From an uncultured Candidatus Saccharibacteria bacterium (lineage in GTDB: Bacteria; Patescibacteriota; Minisyncoccia; Phycocordibacterales; CAYSCM01), in assembly GCA_964429815.1 (NCBI GenBank), contig CAYSCM010000001.1, forward strand, positions 96,001 through 160,000: a stretch of 64,000 bases of DNA, in the 5' to 3' direction. This document shows positions 30,024 through 39,875 of this stretch, one piece after another. Within the stretch, counting starts at the first letter, position 1. Each line of letters opens with the position of its first letter. Position numbers and translations under genes: made by a program. The notes beneath the pieces were generated by a model. It was given only the letters and a program-made list of their open reading frames with translations, did not search any database and had not been told where the DNA came from.

Positions 30024-31694
30024 CTACATTTTTTCAGGTGCGACGATGCCGAGGAGCCAGAGCCCATTTTTCATCGTCTGGGCGAAGGCCCCCGTGAGTG
30101 AGAGCTTGTACGCTGCGTAGTCCTTATCGTCAACGATGCGCTCAGCTGCGTAGAAACTATTGAAAGCTCCCGCAATTTGCGTGAGGTAGGTCGTAAGATA
30201 GTGCGGCTCATACTCCGCTGTAGCGCGCGCGACGACTTCCGGGAATCTATAGAGGAGCCGTTCGAGCTCGTAGGACTTGGCGGGAGGATTCTCACTATCA
30301 GCTTCCACCCCCATCTCGTGCGCCTTCGCGATGACCGAAGCCGCCCGAGTATGCGCATATTGAATGTATGGCCCCGAGTCTCCCTCGAGCGACACGGACT
30401 TCTCCGGGTCGAACACGATATCCTTCCCTGTTCCCTGCCGCAGGATGGAGTACTTGATCGCCGCAACGGCGACATCGGCCGAAAGGGTCCCTTCCATCGA
30501 GCGGGTTTCCTTCATGCGCTCCCGCACAAGGACCTCCACATCCTCGATGAGCGATTCGCCGCTCACGATGTTGCCTTTGCGCGAGGACATCTTGCCGGAG
30601 GAGAAACGCATCATGCCGTGCGCGATGTGCCGGATTTTGTCGGCGATATCGGGAAAAATCTTGCGCATTGCGGCGATGACAACCTTGAAGTATTCCGCTT
30701 GTTCGGAGGCGGTGACGGTGATTGAGATATCTGAAGACCACGTTTTTTCCTTAAGTTTGGCGAGGCCGAGCTCTTTCGCTTCGTACGTCGGAAAGCCATC
30801 CCTGGTGAGAAATACGCGCGTGTGGAGGGCGTGGCGCTCCCCGCGAAATACCGTCGCTCCGTCGCTTTTTTCAAAGACATCCGGCCGGCTCTCCACAATC
30901 GTCCTGCCGACCGAGCCCGTCTCGCTCTCAAAAAAGAAATAGTCGAACCGTGTACCGAGTTTACGGTAAATTTCGTCGAAATGATCCAGGGATGTTTTTT
31001 TTCCTGCCTCGTAGAGCGCGCTTATTTTTGCATCACTCTTTTCGTAGATTTTACGATTTATAGCGACGATTTCCTCCCTGGCCCCCGCATCACGTTCGTA
31101 AGCTTCTGAACCCGCCACATAAGCTTTGCCTAGGTCTTCTATGCTCGAAGCGTCGAGGTCATGCTTTTGTAATGCCCAGATCGCCTTCGCCACATGCGGC
31201 CCCACATCGCCCTGGTAGTTGGCGCGATTTATCGTCGCACCGGAGAATTCGATGATGCGAGAAAGCGATTCCCCGATCGCGTTGCTCATGAGATGCCCGA
31301 TATGAAAAACCTTGAAGGGGTTAGGCTGCGTGTACTCCACCATCACCCGCTTGTCCTTAAGGGCTTCGCTGCGTCCGAAGCGCTCGCCCTCATCGGCAAT
31401 AAGCCCGATTGATTCTGCAAAAAAAGTTCGCGACAAATGGACGTTTATGAAGCCTGGCCCCGCACTGTCGATACTCTCTATAAAGGGATGATTCTGTTTC
31501 GCGAGATTTCCTCGAAGCACCTGGGCCACCTCGTGCGGCGCCTGTCCGGTCGTCTTCCCGAGCACGAGGGCAATGTTGCTCGCAAAATCCCCATGAGAGA
31601 GGTCGCTTGGATGCTCGAGCGTAAAAGAAATAGCCGGAAATTTCGCGCTTGTGCGCGCCTCCTCGAAAGCTTGTATGAGCTTTTCTCTGACCAT
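30024..31694 (-). CDS. argS: arginyl-tRNA synthetase
   Basis: N-terminal Add-1 domain, HIGH-like (…FHIGHLMSNAIG…), MSSR (KMSKS-equivalent …GKMSSRKGN…), DALR anticodon-binding C-terminus. Confidence 0.92.
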   Translation of the reverse strand: MVREKLIQAFEEARTSAKFPAISFTLEHPSDLSHGDFASNIALVLGKTTGQAPHEVAQVLRGNLAKQNHPFIESIDSAGPGFINVHLSRTFFAESIGLIADEGERFGRSEALKDKRVMVEYTQPNPFKVFHIGHLMSNAIGESLSRIIEFSGATINRANYQGDVGPHVAKAIWALQKHDLDASSIEDLGKAYVAGSEAYERDAGAREEIVAINRKIYEKSDAKISALYEAGKKTSLDHFDEIYRKLGTRFDYFFFESETGSVGRTIVESRPDVFEKSDGATVFRGERHALHTRVFLTRDGFPTYEAKELGLAKLKEKTWSSDISITVTASEQAEYFKVVIAAMRKIFPDIADKIRHIAHGMMRFSSGKMSSRKGNIVSGESLIEDVEVLVRERMKETRSMEGTLSADVAVAAIKYSILRQGTGKDIVFDPEKSVSLEGDSGPYIQYAHTRAASVIAKAHEMGVEADSENPPAKSYELERLLYRFPEVVARATAEYEPHYLTTYLTQIAGAFNSFYAAERIVDDKDYAAYKLSLTGAFAQTMKNGLWLLGIVAPEKM

Positions 31695-31703
31695 GCTGCT
31701 ACG

Positions 31704-32798
31704 TTAGCGCACTTCAGCAACGAGCGGAACGGGTGCGCTTGCGGCGACAACCGTGAATGTGCGCCTACCGATGAGTGCTCCGCTTGTCGTTTCGACTGAG
31801 CAACGCCACTTTCCGGGCGTGAGTGACTCTGCAAAGCTGTAGCCACGGAATCCCCGCGTCCGCCCGCCGGAGAGCGGGAAAGAGACGCGTGCCCGCGTCT
31901 GCCACACTTCTTTCGCTTCATCATAGTGCTCAAGGCGGTGGAACACGTTGGTCGAGAGCCCCGAGGGCGCGTAGACGGAGCTGAAACAGTACGCCCGCTC
32001 GCCGGGCGTGGCATGAAAGAGCGCATCGACCGGCCGCCAGAGGAGGTACCAGGGCCGCGGCTCGTAGGAAACCAGGTACTCCCCTGCGTCATTCTTCACG
32101 ATGCTATGATAAATGCCGATCTCGGTAAGGGAGAGCGGTACGGGCGGAATGAAGTTGCCGACGTAGAGGCCTACGAAAATCCAAAAGATGATGCCGAGCA
32201 TGAGCGAGAGCCGCCGGAGGTTTTCCCGCACGAGCTTGGGAGCTATGACCCACAGGAAGAGGAGGTAGAGGCTTATGTATATGAGGCTTACGAGCGCGCT
32301 TATGAAAAACATCCGCGGGCCGATCTGGGAAAGAAGGACAGGGACAAGAAGCGCCGCGTAGGCGAAGATGAGCGTGTAGTAGACGCTCACGTGGAAGTAC
32401 ATGCGACCATAGCGATCCTTGAAGAATTCGTTGCCGATGAGAAGCGCCGCGAGGACGAGAAGGAAAAGCCAATTGCCGACCAGGGTCCCGCTCTGACCGT
32501 AAAAGACGAAGAGCCCGCTCGCGAGGTTGCCGAAGGAGAACTGGAGGAGAAGCAGCGGACGAAGCTGCGGCTCCTCTCTTCCCCGCGCTTTGCGCATATT
32601 AAGGAGAGCAATGGTGCCGCCTGCGATAAGGACGTAGGAGACGAGGATGATATTGCCGTACACCTGGTCAGGACGGCCGAGTGTTAAAAGATCCCATACG
32701 AACCCGCCGAGGAGCGCAGCTGCGGGCAGATGAGCGCGGTAGCGCAGGAGTATGAGCCTGAGTGGATTGAGCCAAGGAGGCAACTGAGACTGGGGCAT
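31704..32798 (-). CDS. polytopic membrane protein with C-terminal extracytoplasmic domain (hypothetical)
   Basis: About 7 TM helices followed by a ~130-aa soluble C-terminal domain. Confidence 0.5.
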   Translation of the reverse strand: MPQSQLPPWLNPLRLILLRYRAHLPAAALLGGFVWDLLTLGRPDQVYGNIILVSYVLIAGGTIALLNMRKARGREEPQLRPLLLLQFSFGNLASGLFVFYGQSGTLVGNWLFLLVLAALLIGNEFFKDRYGRMYFHVSVYYTLIFAYAALLVPVLLSQIGPRMFFISALVSLIYISLYLLFLWVIAPKLVRENLRRLSLMLGIIFWIFVGLYVGNFIPPVPLSLTEIGIYHSIVKNDAGEYLVSYEPRPWYLLWRPVDALFHATPGERAYCFSSVYAPSGLSTNVFHRLEHYDEAKEVWQTRARVSFPLSGGRTRGFRGYSFAESLTPGKWRCSVETTSGALIGRRTFTVVAASAPVPLVAEVR

Positions 32799-32821
32799 GT
32801 CTCAAGTATAACGCTCTACGT

Positions 32822-33019
32822 CTAGAGCCCTCCTACGTTTGAGTACGTACTGATGAACTGTGGCACGGCAAAAAGAAGGCCAAGGGCAGGAAGGACGATA
32901 AAAATGACCGTTATGACAAAAGTCCACAACAGATACTTTCGCGTGCGTTCCGCAGCTCGATAGATCTCATCGAGTTTTTTATCCTGCGCGTCGAGGCGTC
33001 TCTGGAGTTCGGGGTCCAT
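32822..33019 (-). CDS. small membrane protein (65 aa)
   Basis: Charged N-terminal coil plus one TM helix. Confidence 0.35.
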   Translation of the reverse strand: MDPELQRRLDAQDKKLDEIYRAAERTRKYLLWTFVITVIFIVLPALGLLFAVPQFISTYSNVGGL

Positions 33020-33058
33020 CTCAGTAGCCTAGCACGATAGAGGGACAGGAGTTCCCCT

Positions 33059-34342
33059 CTATCTGCGGGAGCGATACCTACTCCGCCCGCTGCGCATGGG
33101 ATGTGCGCCGCGACGGAAATGGTCTTGATGAGCCCTGCGAGAAGCTTGAGCCTGTGGTGATTGTCCAAATTCGGCTGGCCGTAGAACTGGCGAAGAAGAG
33201 GGCGATTCCCCTTCTCGAACCTTGAGCGGTTTGCGGATGAGGCGTTCGATATCACGAATCTCGGCACGCTCATCGGGAAGGACGAGCGATATGGCGTGAC
33301 CAGAGGCTCCGGCACGGGCGGTGCGGCCGATGCGGTGCACGTAGTCGGCGGAGGTTGAGGGGAGATCAAAGTTTACGACGAGCTCCACTCCCTGAACATC
33401 GATCCCTCGTGCGGCGATGTCAGTAGCGACCAGGACACGATATCGGCCGGATTTAAATCCTTCGAGCGCTTCCTTGCGCTGGTTGAGCGAGCGATTGGAG
33501 TGAATCTCCGCGGAGCTATGCCCTTGCGCACGAAGTGCGGCCGCAACGCGCTTGGCGCCAAATTTCATGCGCGTAAAAACAATGACAGAGCCGCGGTATT
33601 CATTGAGAATGCGCGAGAGTGCGTGCGACTTCTCCTCCTTGGTGCGCACCATGATAATTTCCTGGGTTACCTTCTCCGCAGTTGTTCCTTGTGGTGCGAT
33701 CTCAATTGAGACGGGAAGCTTCATCGTTGTGGAAGCGATTTTCATAATTTCCGGTGAGAGTGTGGCGGAAAAAAGGAGAGTCTGCCGCTCCCGTGGAACA
33801 GCTGCAATAATTTTTTTCACCTGCGGAAGAAAGCCCATGTCGAGCATGCGGTCAGCCTCATCGAGCACGAGAAGATGTACGCCATCGAGCTTGACCGTTT
33901 TTTGATTAAGGTGGTCAATGAGTCGCCCCGGGGTCGCGATGATGACGTGTGGTTTGCGAGAAATTGCACTGAGTTGAGGCTCCATACCCATACCACCAAT
34001 GAGAACGGCGGTGCGCAACCCATTCACACGCCCCAGTTTTTGAAATTCTTCATCCACCTGCAGTGCAAGTTCACGCGTCGGAACGACGACGAGACCGGCG
34101 CCCCCGCTTTGGGCGAGGCGTTGGATCATCGGGATACCAAAGGCAAGCGTTTTGCCGGTCCCGGTCTGCGCGATGCCGATGAGATCCTTGCCCTCAAGGG
34201 CGAGCGGGATCGCTTTGTGCTGAATGAGGGTCGGGGTCGTAAACCGAAGATGCGAAAGTATCTCAAGCATACCGGGCGCGATGCCGAGCCCTTGAAAGGT
34301 AAGTTCTTGTGGGGTGCCAGCGTGCGTCATTGAGGCGAGCAT
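33059..34342 (-). CDS. DEAD-box ATP-dependent RNA helicase
   Basis: Q-motif region, Walker A AQTGTGKT, PTRELA, DEAD (VLDEADRM), SAT, HRIGRTAR, and an Arg-rich C-terminal tail. Confidence 0.95.
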   Translation of the reverse strand: MLASMTHAGTPQELTFQGLGIAPGMLEILSHLRFTTPTLIQHKAIPLALEGKDLIGIAQTGTGKTLAFGIPMIQRLAQSGGAGLVVVPTRELALQVDEEFQKLGRVNGLRTAVLIGGMGMEPQLSAISRKPHVIIATPGRLIDHLNQKTVKLDGVHLLVLDEADRMLDMGFLPQVKKIIAAVPRERQTLLFSATLSPEIMKIASTTMKLPVSIEIAPQGTTAEKVTQEIIMVRTKEEKSHALSRILNEYRGSVIVFTRMKFGAKRVAAALRAQGHSSAEIHSNRSLNQRKEALEGFKSGRYRVLVATDIAARGIDVQGVELVVNFDLPSTSADYVHRIGRTARAGASGHAISLVLPDERAEIRDIERLIRKPLKVREGESPSSSPVLRPAEFGQSPQAQASRRAHQDHFRRGAHPMRSGRSRYRSRR

Positions 34343-34429
34343 AGCATGGGCTTGCCCGTAGCGCTTGTCAGCGTCCGAACAAAAACCGCGGCCGCCGAAG
34401 CGGCCGCGGTTTTGTAAAGATAGTACGGA

Positions 34430-34837
34430 TCAGTCGTGCTCGAACACGTGGAGAAGGCGCGCTCGGCCGGAACCCGAAAGCACAATACCGAAAGAGACCG
34501 CGGTGAGGAGAAGCTCCAGTTCTGAGCCGGAGAGGCCGCGCTTAGGAAGCGTCACAAGAATAAAGGCAAAAAGTGCGACAAGGCCAGTGCCGACCGCGGC
34601 CGCGCGCGTGAGAATACCCGCGACGAGCATGATACCGCCGAGAAGCTCGACTGCCGGCACGAGGTAGGCAAGCCAGGCCGGAATGCCGAGGCTTCCCATA
34701 AATGCGACGGTCGCGGTCATGTTGCTGAATTTCATCCAGCCATGATTGATAAACATGAGGCCGGCCGCAACGCGGATGAGTAAAAGTCCCGCCCATGGGC
34801 GGTACCAGAACTTACTAATGCGATTAAGATTTTTCAT
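34430..34837 (-). CDS. DoxX-family membrane protein
   Basis: …LLLIRVAAGLMFINHGWMKF… and 4 TM helices typical of DoxX. Confidence 0.55.
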   Translation of the reverse strand: MKNLNRISKFWYRPWAGLLLIRVAAGLMFINHGWMKFSNMTATVAFMGSLGIPAWLAYLVPAVELLGGIMLVAGILTRAAAVGTGLVALFAFILVTLPKRGLSGSELELLLTAVSFGIVLSGSGRARLLHVFEHD

Positions 34838-34958
34838 ACTGTCTTCACTATACGGTGAGTTCGAGCGGAGCTGTAGCCACTTATGCACGGGCGTTTGACA
34901 CTCTCATAGGCCCCCGCTAGGCTTGCCGCAGTCTTGTTCAACAACCGAGGGGAAACCC

Positions 34959-35840
34959 ATGGACTACAAACCGCTCTCCGAGCGTACCCCCGACACGCAG
35001 TATCGGGAGCGCCTCGTCGATATCCTCGAAAACGGCATTCTCGCTAAAGGTTTGCCGCAAGGCATCGGCGCACTCACCCGCTTCGGAACGCTCCGACCGA
35101 TGGTCTTTGACCTGCGCAATGGGGTCCCACTCATCACGGAGCGCAAACTTGGCTCCTGGAAAAGTGCGGTCGCCGAAATTCTCGCATTCATCAATGGAGC
35201 GCGTGACATTGATGAAATCGAATCGTTCGGCGTCAACAAGGCGTTCTGGAGCCCCTATCGCGGGAAAGGTACCGAGCTTGGGCTTTCCCCCAACGACATG
35301 GGGCCTGGCTCCTACGGTGGTGTCTTTGGTCACTATGAGCGGGCCGACGGGAGTACGTTCAATCAGTTCGAACTCCTCCTCGAGCAAATGCAAAACTTCC
35401 CGAAACTTCGTACACACCGCGTCGTGAATAACAGGCCTGAATACACGGCTCGAGGGCCGAATCGTAAGGTCATTGTGGCTCCTTGCCACGGCGAACTTCA
35501 CCTGCGAGACCTGGGAAGAATTGACATGCGTATGGATCAACGCTCTGCCGATTTTCCGATCGGAGTGCCGCACAATATGATTCAATACGCCGCTCTTCTT
35601 CTCATGATCTGTCAGGTCCTTCGTCGTGAGCCAGGCAACTTCATCCACTCCTTTGCGGATGCCCACATCTACGAGAATCAGGTGGAGTCGGCCAAGGAGC
35701 TCGTCTCCCGGCCGGCAAAACCCTTCCCTACACTCCATCTAAACCCGTCGGTGACAAATCTCTTCGACTTCAGGATTGAACACTTCGAGCTGCGGGAATA
35801 CGATCCGCACCCGCCACTGTCGATTCCCTACGCGCCGTAA
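34959..35840 (+). CDS. thyA: thymidylate synthase (ThyA) family enzyme, divergent
   Basis: ThyA-like motifs in order: …RPMVFDLRNGVPLITERKLGSWKSAVAEILAFI…, nucleophile region VIVAPCHGELHL, …DQRSADFPIGVPHNMIQYAALLLMICQV…, …HSFADAHIYENQ…. Divergent from canonical ThyA. Confidence 0.7.
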   Translation: MDYKPLSERTPDTQYRERLVDILENGILAKGLPQGIGALTRFGTLRPMVFDLRNGVPLITERKLGSWKSAVAEILAFINGARDIDEIESFGVNKAFWSPYRGKGTELGLSPNDMGPGSYGGVFGHYERADGSTFNQFELLLEQMQNFPKLRTHRVVNNRPEYTARGPNRKVIVAPCHGELHLRDLGRIDMRMDQRSADFPIGVPHNMIQYAALLLMICQVLRREPGNFIHSFADAHIYENQVESAKELVSRPAKPFPTLHLNPSVTNLFDFRIEHFELREYDPHPPLSIPYAP

Positions 35841-35892
35841 ACTGCCGCGCTCTCCCTGTCGGGAGAGCGCTTTCTTTTGTATAGTCAGCTCC

Positions 35893-36360
35893 ATGGCAAA
35901 AAAGTATGTCGACCGAAACGCTGCCCTAGGACGAAAAAACTACTTACAGGTGATAGACCGCATTATCAAAGACCGTGTGTGCCCCTTTTGTGAAGAACAT
36001 TTTTTGAAATACCACACAAAACCTATTTTGAAGCGCGGCTCCCACTGGCTCCTGACGAAAAACATGAATCCCTACGCGGGTACGAAGCATCATTTCCTGT
36101 TCGTACATCGACGACATATTGAAAATCCGACTTCGATGAGCGACGCGGCATGGAAGGAGCTCCTCGCGCATATTCGCTACGTTGTTAAAAAATTCAAATT
36201 GCCGGGAGGAGGTCTTTATGTGCGTTTTGGCGATCCGCGCTATTCGGCCGCCTCGGTCGCCCATCTTCACGCCAACGTGATTCTCGGCACAAAACGGGGG
36301 AAACATACTGAGCCGATCGGTGTTGACCTTAGTTATAAGAAAAAACGCCCTCGTTTCTAG
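35893..36360 (+). CDS. HIT-family (histidine triad) hydrolase
   Basis: CPFCE near the N-terminus and the triad VAHLHANVILG. ATG at 35893. Confidence 0.75.
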   Translation: MAKKYVDRNAALGRKNYLQVIDRIIKDRVCPFCEEHFLKYHTKPILKRGSHWLLTKNMNPYAGTKHHFLFVHRRHIENPTSMSDAAWKELLAHIRYVVKKFKLPGGGLYVRFGDPRYSAASVAHLHANVILGTKRGKHTEPIGVDLSYKKKRPRF

Positions 36361-37223
36361 CTAGAAACGAGGGCGTCGTGAAGTTCCACGCGAACGATCT
36401 CGACGTTGCGAGAACGGAGGGTGTCGGCTCCCGCCACCAACGAGTACCCTTCAGCGTAGAAGAGTCTTCGAATGCCGGCGTTTGCGATGGCGGCGGCACA
36501 CGGAGGACACGGGAAGGTGGTGCAGTAGAGGTCACAACCGTCCGTGGAGATTCCGCGTTTCGCTGCCGCAGAGATCAGGCCGTTCTCCCCATGGAGGGAG
36601 AGAGTGGCATCAATGTGCTGCCCCGGCTCGAAGTTGCTTCGGGGATCGCCAAGAACGTAAGCGGTTTGCTCAAGCGGCAGATGGGTGTTGAAGGCCACGA
36701 GGAGTGGTTTCCCATCCCGGCACAGCAGCGCCCCAATTTGACGCCACCAGTCGGGAGAGCGTTTCGCCAAGGCGTACGCCCGCCGCATGAGTTCTCGATC
36801 AAGACCCTCTCTTGATACGACGACACCCTCTTCGGGATTCTTTTTATGCGTCGTCGTCGTCCAATCCCAGCGTAGTTTCCATCCGGAGTCGAACTCCACT
36901 TCTCGATCGGAGAAGTACATCTTCGCAAAGAGCCGGGCGATATCTTCGTCCGGCATCGCGATCCGACGAGCGGCAAGGGTATGGAAGTTCTCCCTCGTGA
37001 GTACCTCAACCCGCTCGAAGAGGTAGAGTGCGCGGATCATGGCCGCTGCGGTCTGGGGCTTCAATCCCGGCAAATGCCGCACCAACGACTTGTGCTCGCT
37101 GATGAAGTCTTCGCCGAGAATCCACAGCTCTCCGCCGGCGTATGTATGGAAGAGCTCCACATACCCGCTGTGTGGAGCGGGTATGTAGGCAACGAGCGTT
37201 TTAAGAGCCGGTGCCGAGTCCAC
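36357..37223 (-). CDS. dCMP/CMP deaminase zinc-binding domain protein with an uncharacterised ~140-aa N-terminal domain
   Basis: C-terminal half: …DRELMRRAYALAKRS…GALLCRDGKPLLVAFNT…HGENGLISAAAKRG…TFPCPPCAAAIANAGIRRLFY (H-x-E and PCxxC zinc ligands). The N-terminal 140 aa have no recognised family. Confidence 0.75.
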   Translation of the reverse strand: MDSAPALKTLVAYIPAPHSGYVELFHTYAGGELWILGEDFISEHKSLVRHLPGLKPQTAAAMIRALYLFERVEVLTRENFHTLAARRIAMPDEDIARLFAKMYFSDREVEFDSGWKLRWDWTTTTHKKNPEEGVVVSREGLDRELMRRAYALAKRSPDWWRQIGALLCRDGKPLLVAFNTHLPLEQTAYVLGDPRSNFEPGQHIDATLSLHGENGLISAAAKRGISTDGCDLYCTTFPCPPCAAAIANAGIRRLFYAEGYSLVAGADTLRSRNVEIVRVELHDALVSS

Positions 37224-37884
37224 GGTCCATCTCCTCGATCAGTTGACCAAGACGTGCGCGCAAGTCCTTCATCATCTCGAGCTTGCCATCCATGGCGAGC
37301 CTGCGAATGATGGCTGTTGTCGACGTTTCCGCTTGCGGCGGCAAATTTACCAGGTGCTCGCAGTACCTCTTGATACCATCGAGCGCTGGCAAATCCTTTG
37401 TCGACGTGGAGACGATACGCACATCGTGCTTCACGAGCTTGAAGAGCGTATCGGCCTCGTATTGCGGCACGATGATGTCCACTTCCCGCATTTGCCCGAG
37501 AACTTCGCAGCGCTCGGCCATTGGCGTCAGCGGGCGTGTCGGCCCTTTACGGGCTTTTGTGAGCTCGTCGGTATCGATGCCGACCACCATCACGAGTTCA
37601 GCCTCGGGATAGAGTTTCTTCGCTTCGATCTTGCCGGTCTCGATGTACCTGCCGTGACCGACGTGGTACATATCCCATACGCCGGTCGTAAAGGCCACAA
37701 CGCAGCCCATTGAATGGACGTGATCGACCACCTCAACAAGCTCCTGGTGGTTGTCGAAGTAGCGATCTTCAAAGGTCGCCCTCCCTTTCAAAATGCGCAA
37801 CGCGCGCTTATGAACGGGATTCGGGATCGTCCTTTGGTGCCCGTCCGTGTGTGGAAGGGGCGCCACCTTGGTGATGTCGTTCAT
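37201..37884 (-). CDS. cytidylyltransferase-family nucleotidyltransferase (RfaE-domain-II/TagD/RibL-like)
   Basis: …VAFTTGVWDMYHVGHGRYIE… (HxGH), then …LVMVVGIDTDELTKARKGPTRPLTPMAERCEVLGQMREVDIIV…, matching the heptose-1-P adenylyltransferase / glycerol-3-P cytidylyltransferase layout. ATG at 37882-37884. Confidence 0.7.
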   Translation of the reverse strand: MNDITKVAPLPHTDGHQRTIPNPVHKRALRILKGRATFEDRYFDNHQELVEVVDHVHSMGCVVAFTTGVWDMYHVGHGRYIETGKIEAKKLYPEAELVMVVGIDTDELTKARKGPTRPLTPMAERCEVLGQMREVDIIVPQYEADTLFKLVKHDVRIVSTSTKDLPALDGIKRYCEHLVNLPPQAETSTTAIIRRLAMDGKLEMMKDLRARLGQLIEEMDRGLGTGS

Positions 37885-38007
37885 TTTGCTAACCTCACAA
37901 GTAACTGACTGAGAAAACCCTACCATGAAGGAAGCCCGGCGAAAGATTGCCGCTGCGGGCGAACTATTGTATAGAGCTAGGTGGGTTCGCAACCGCATAG
38001 GTGAGTC

Positions 38008-38505
38008 ATGCCGGAGAGAGTGAGCATCATCGCCGCGCTTGGGAAAAACCGCGAGCTCGGCAAGGACAACAAGCTCCTCTGGCGTATCCCAGAGGATCTA
38101 AAGCGCTTTAGGGAGCTCACGATGGGACATCCCGTCGTGATGGGAAGACGTACCTTCTGCTCCATTCTCGCCTCGCTTGGTAAGCCCCTCCCCGGGCGCA
38201 CCAGCATCGTCATTACCCGGGAAGTCGGTTGGGGTAAGCCGGGCGCCGTCGTCGTCAACTGTTTCGAGATGGCACTTCGCAGAGCCCGTGCGCTCTCCGA
38301 CCAGGAAGTCTTCATTGGCGGCGGGGCGCAGATCTACGAGGAGGCACTTCCCTTCACCCATCGCCTCTACCTCACTCTCATCGATGAGCAGAAGGATGGC
38401 GATGTGTTCTTTCCAGAATACGAACGCGAGTTTACGAGAACACTCTTTGAGAAGAGGGGTGTTCACGAAAACGTACACTACCGATTCGTAACCCTTGAAC
38501 GATAG
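38008..38505 (+). CDS. folA: dihydrofolate reductase
   Basis: …SIIAALGKNRELGKDNKLLWRIPEDLKRFRELTMGHPVVMGRRTF… and the …FIGGGAQIYEEAL… DHFR signature. Confidence 0.93.
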   Translation: MPERVSIIAALGKNRELGKDNKLLWRIPEDLKRFRELTMGHPVVMGRRTFCSILASLGKPLPGRTSIVITREVGWGKPGAVVVNCFEMALRRARALSDQEVFIGGGAQIYEEALPFTHRLYLTLIDEQKDGDVFFPEYEREFTRTLFEKRGVHENVHYRFVTLER

Positions 38506-38595
38506 GAAACCGCCGCGACTCTCGTCGCGGCGGTTTTTCCTTCGCTTGTCTTATACGCACATTTCGTGTAGAGTCACTCCGGATGGAGGTGGCTC

Positions 38596-38853
38596 ATGGA
38601 CTCTCTAAAAGCCTTCTGGGACGTTCTCCGAGAGGACTGGCAAGCTCTCGCGGTCGGATTGATTGCTCAAGTGTCTCTACAGAGCATACCCTTGCTTCCA
38701 CTTCTTATTTTCGAGGATAAAGTTCTCGACAAATATCGCGAACCTGCGTTTATTTGTTCTTTTTTTTGGATACTGCTTACCGTTTTTATTGGAACATACG
38801 TGTACGATCGCATGTGCGATACGTTCGAACACAAACGCCGTCAGCTCCGCTGA
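38596..38853 (+). CDS. small membrane protein (85 aa)
   Basis: Two predicted TM helices. Confidence 0.35.
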   Translation: MDSLKAFWDVLREDWQALAVGLIAQVSLQSIPLLPLLIFEDKVLDKYREPAFICSFFWILLTVFIGTYVYDRMCDTFEHKRRQLR

Positions 38854-38886
38854 CGGCGTTTTATCTTTTTACTTGAGTTGGCTCAC

Positions 38887-39309
38887 CTATTTTACTTCGA
38901 TCCCCATCGAGCGAGCAGAGCCCTCGATGATGCGCATGGCACCCTCGATATCTTTGGCATTGAGATCCGCCATTTTCTTCTCAGCGATCTCGCGAACCTG
39001 CGCCTTGGTAACAACGCCAGCGCGAGAGAGCGGCGTCTTCCCCGAACCTTTCTCGATACCGGCCGCTTTCATGAGGAGGTTACTTGCCGGCGGGGTCTTC
39101 AGGATGAAGTCGTAGCTCCTATCTTCGTAGACGGAAATCTCGACCGGGATCATGTCTCCCATCATCGGACGCGTTTTTTCGTTAAATTTATTGACGAAGT
39201 CGCCGATGTTGATACCCGCCTGACCGAGCGTCGGGCCAAGCGGTGGTGCGGGAGTCGCCTTTCCGGCGGGAGCTATGAGCTTTACCTTTTTGATTACTTT
39301 CTTTGCCAT
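38887..39309 (-). CDS. rplK: 50S ribosomal protein L11
   Basis: [46 protein letters not shown]… is canonical L11. Confidence 0.95.
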   Translation of the reverse strand: MAKKVIKKVKLIAPAGKATPAPPLGPTLGQAGINIGDFVNKFNEKTRPMMGDMIPVEISVYEDRSYDFILKTPPASNLLMKAAGIEKGSGKTPLSRAGVVTKAQVREIAEKKMADLNAKDIEGAMRIIEGSARSMGIEVK

Positions 39310-39326
39310 GAGAGTAGAAATCTAGC

Positions 39327-39872
39327 TTACATCTTCCGAACCTGCAAGAAATCAAGTTCGACCGGCGTTTCGCGGCCGAACATCGGAACCATAATCTTCA
39401 CCTTGCCGCGCTCTTCATCCACCTCCCCGATGCGCCCCTCGAGATCCTTGAACGGCCCGTCAACAATGACGACCGGCTCATCAAGGTTGAAGTCGATCTT
39501 GTGTTTTACCGTCTCGCTCTTCATGCGACGGAAGAGGCTTTCGATCTCTTCCTCCGTAAGCGGCACTGGATTGACTCCCGAGCCAACGAAACCGGTCACG
39601 CGCGGCGTGTTGCGCACCACGTACCAAGAATTGTCGTCGACAACCATGTCGACGAGCACGTAGCCTGGGTATATTTTTTCTTCCTCTTCGACGCGCTTGC
39701 CGCCTTTCACCTTTATCTTGCGCTCCGTCGGCACGACCACGTCGAAAATCTTTTCGCCAACGCCGAGCGATTCTATGCGCTGCTTGAGATTGCGCGCGAC
39801 CGCGTTTTCGTAGCCGGCGTAGGTGTGGATCGCGTACCAGTGCCGCTCACCCGTTGAAGCTTGTTTTGCCAT
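39327..39872 (-). CDS. nusG: transcription termination/antitermination factor NusG
   Basis: …WYAIHTYAGYENAVARNLKQR… NGN domain and the C-terminal KOW (…VVIVDGPFKDLEGRIGEVDEERGKVKIMVPMFGRETPVELDF…). Confidence 0.93.
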   Translation of the reverse strand: MAKQASTGERHWYAIHTYAGYENAVARNLKQRIESLGVGEKIFDVVVPTERKIKVKGGKRVEEEEKIYPGYVLVDMVVDDNSWYVVRNTPRVTGFVGSGVNPVPLTEEEIESLFRRMKSETVKHKIDFNLDEPVVIVDGPFKDLEGRIGEVDEERGKVKIMVPMFGRETPVELDFLQVRKM

Positions 39873-39875
39873 AAT

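Noticed and set aside
34938-35738. 266-aa minus-strand ORF
   Set aside because: Antisense to the ThyA-family gene, which carries ordered ThyA motifs.
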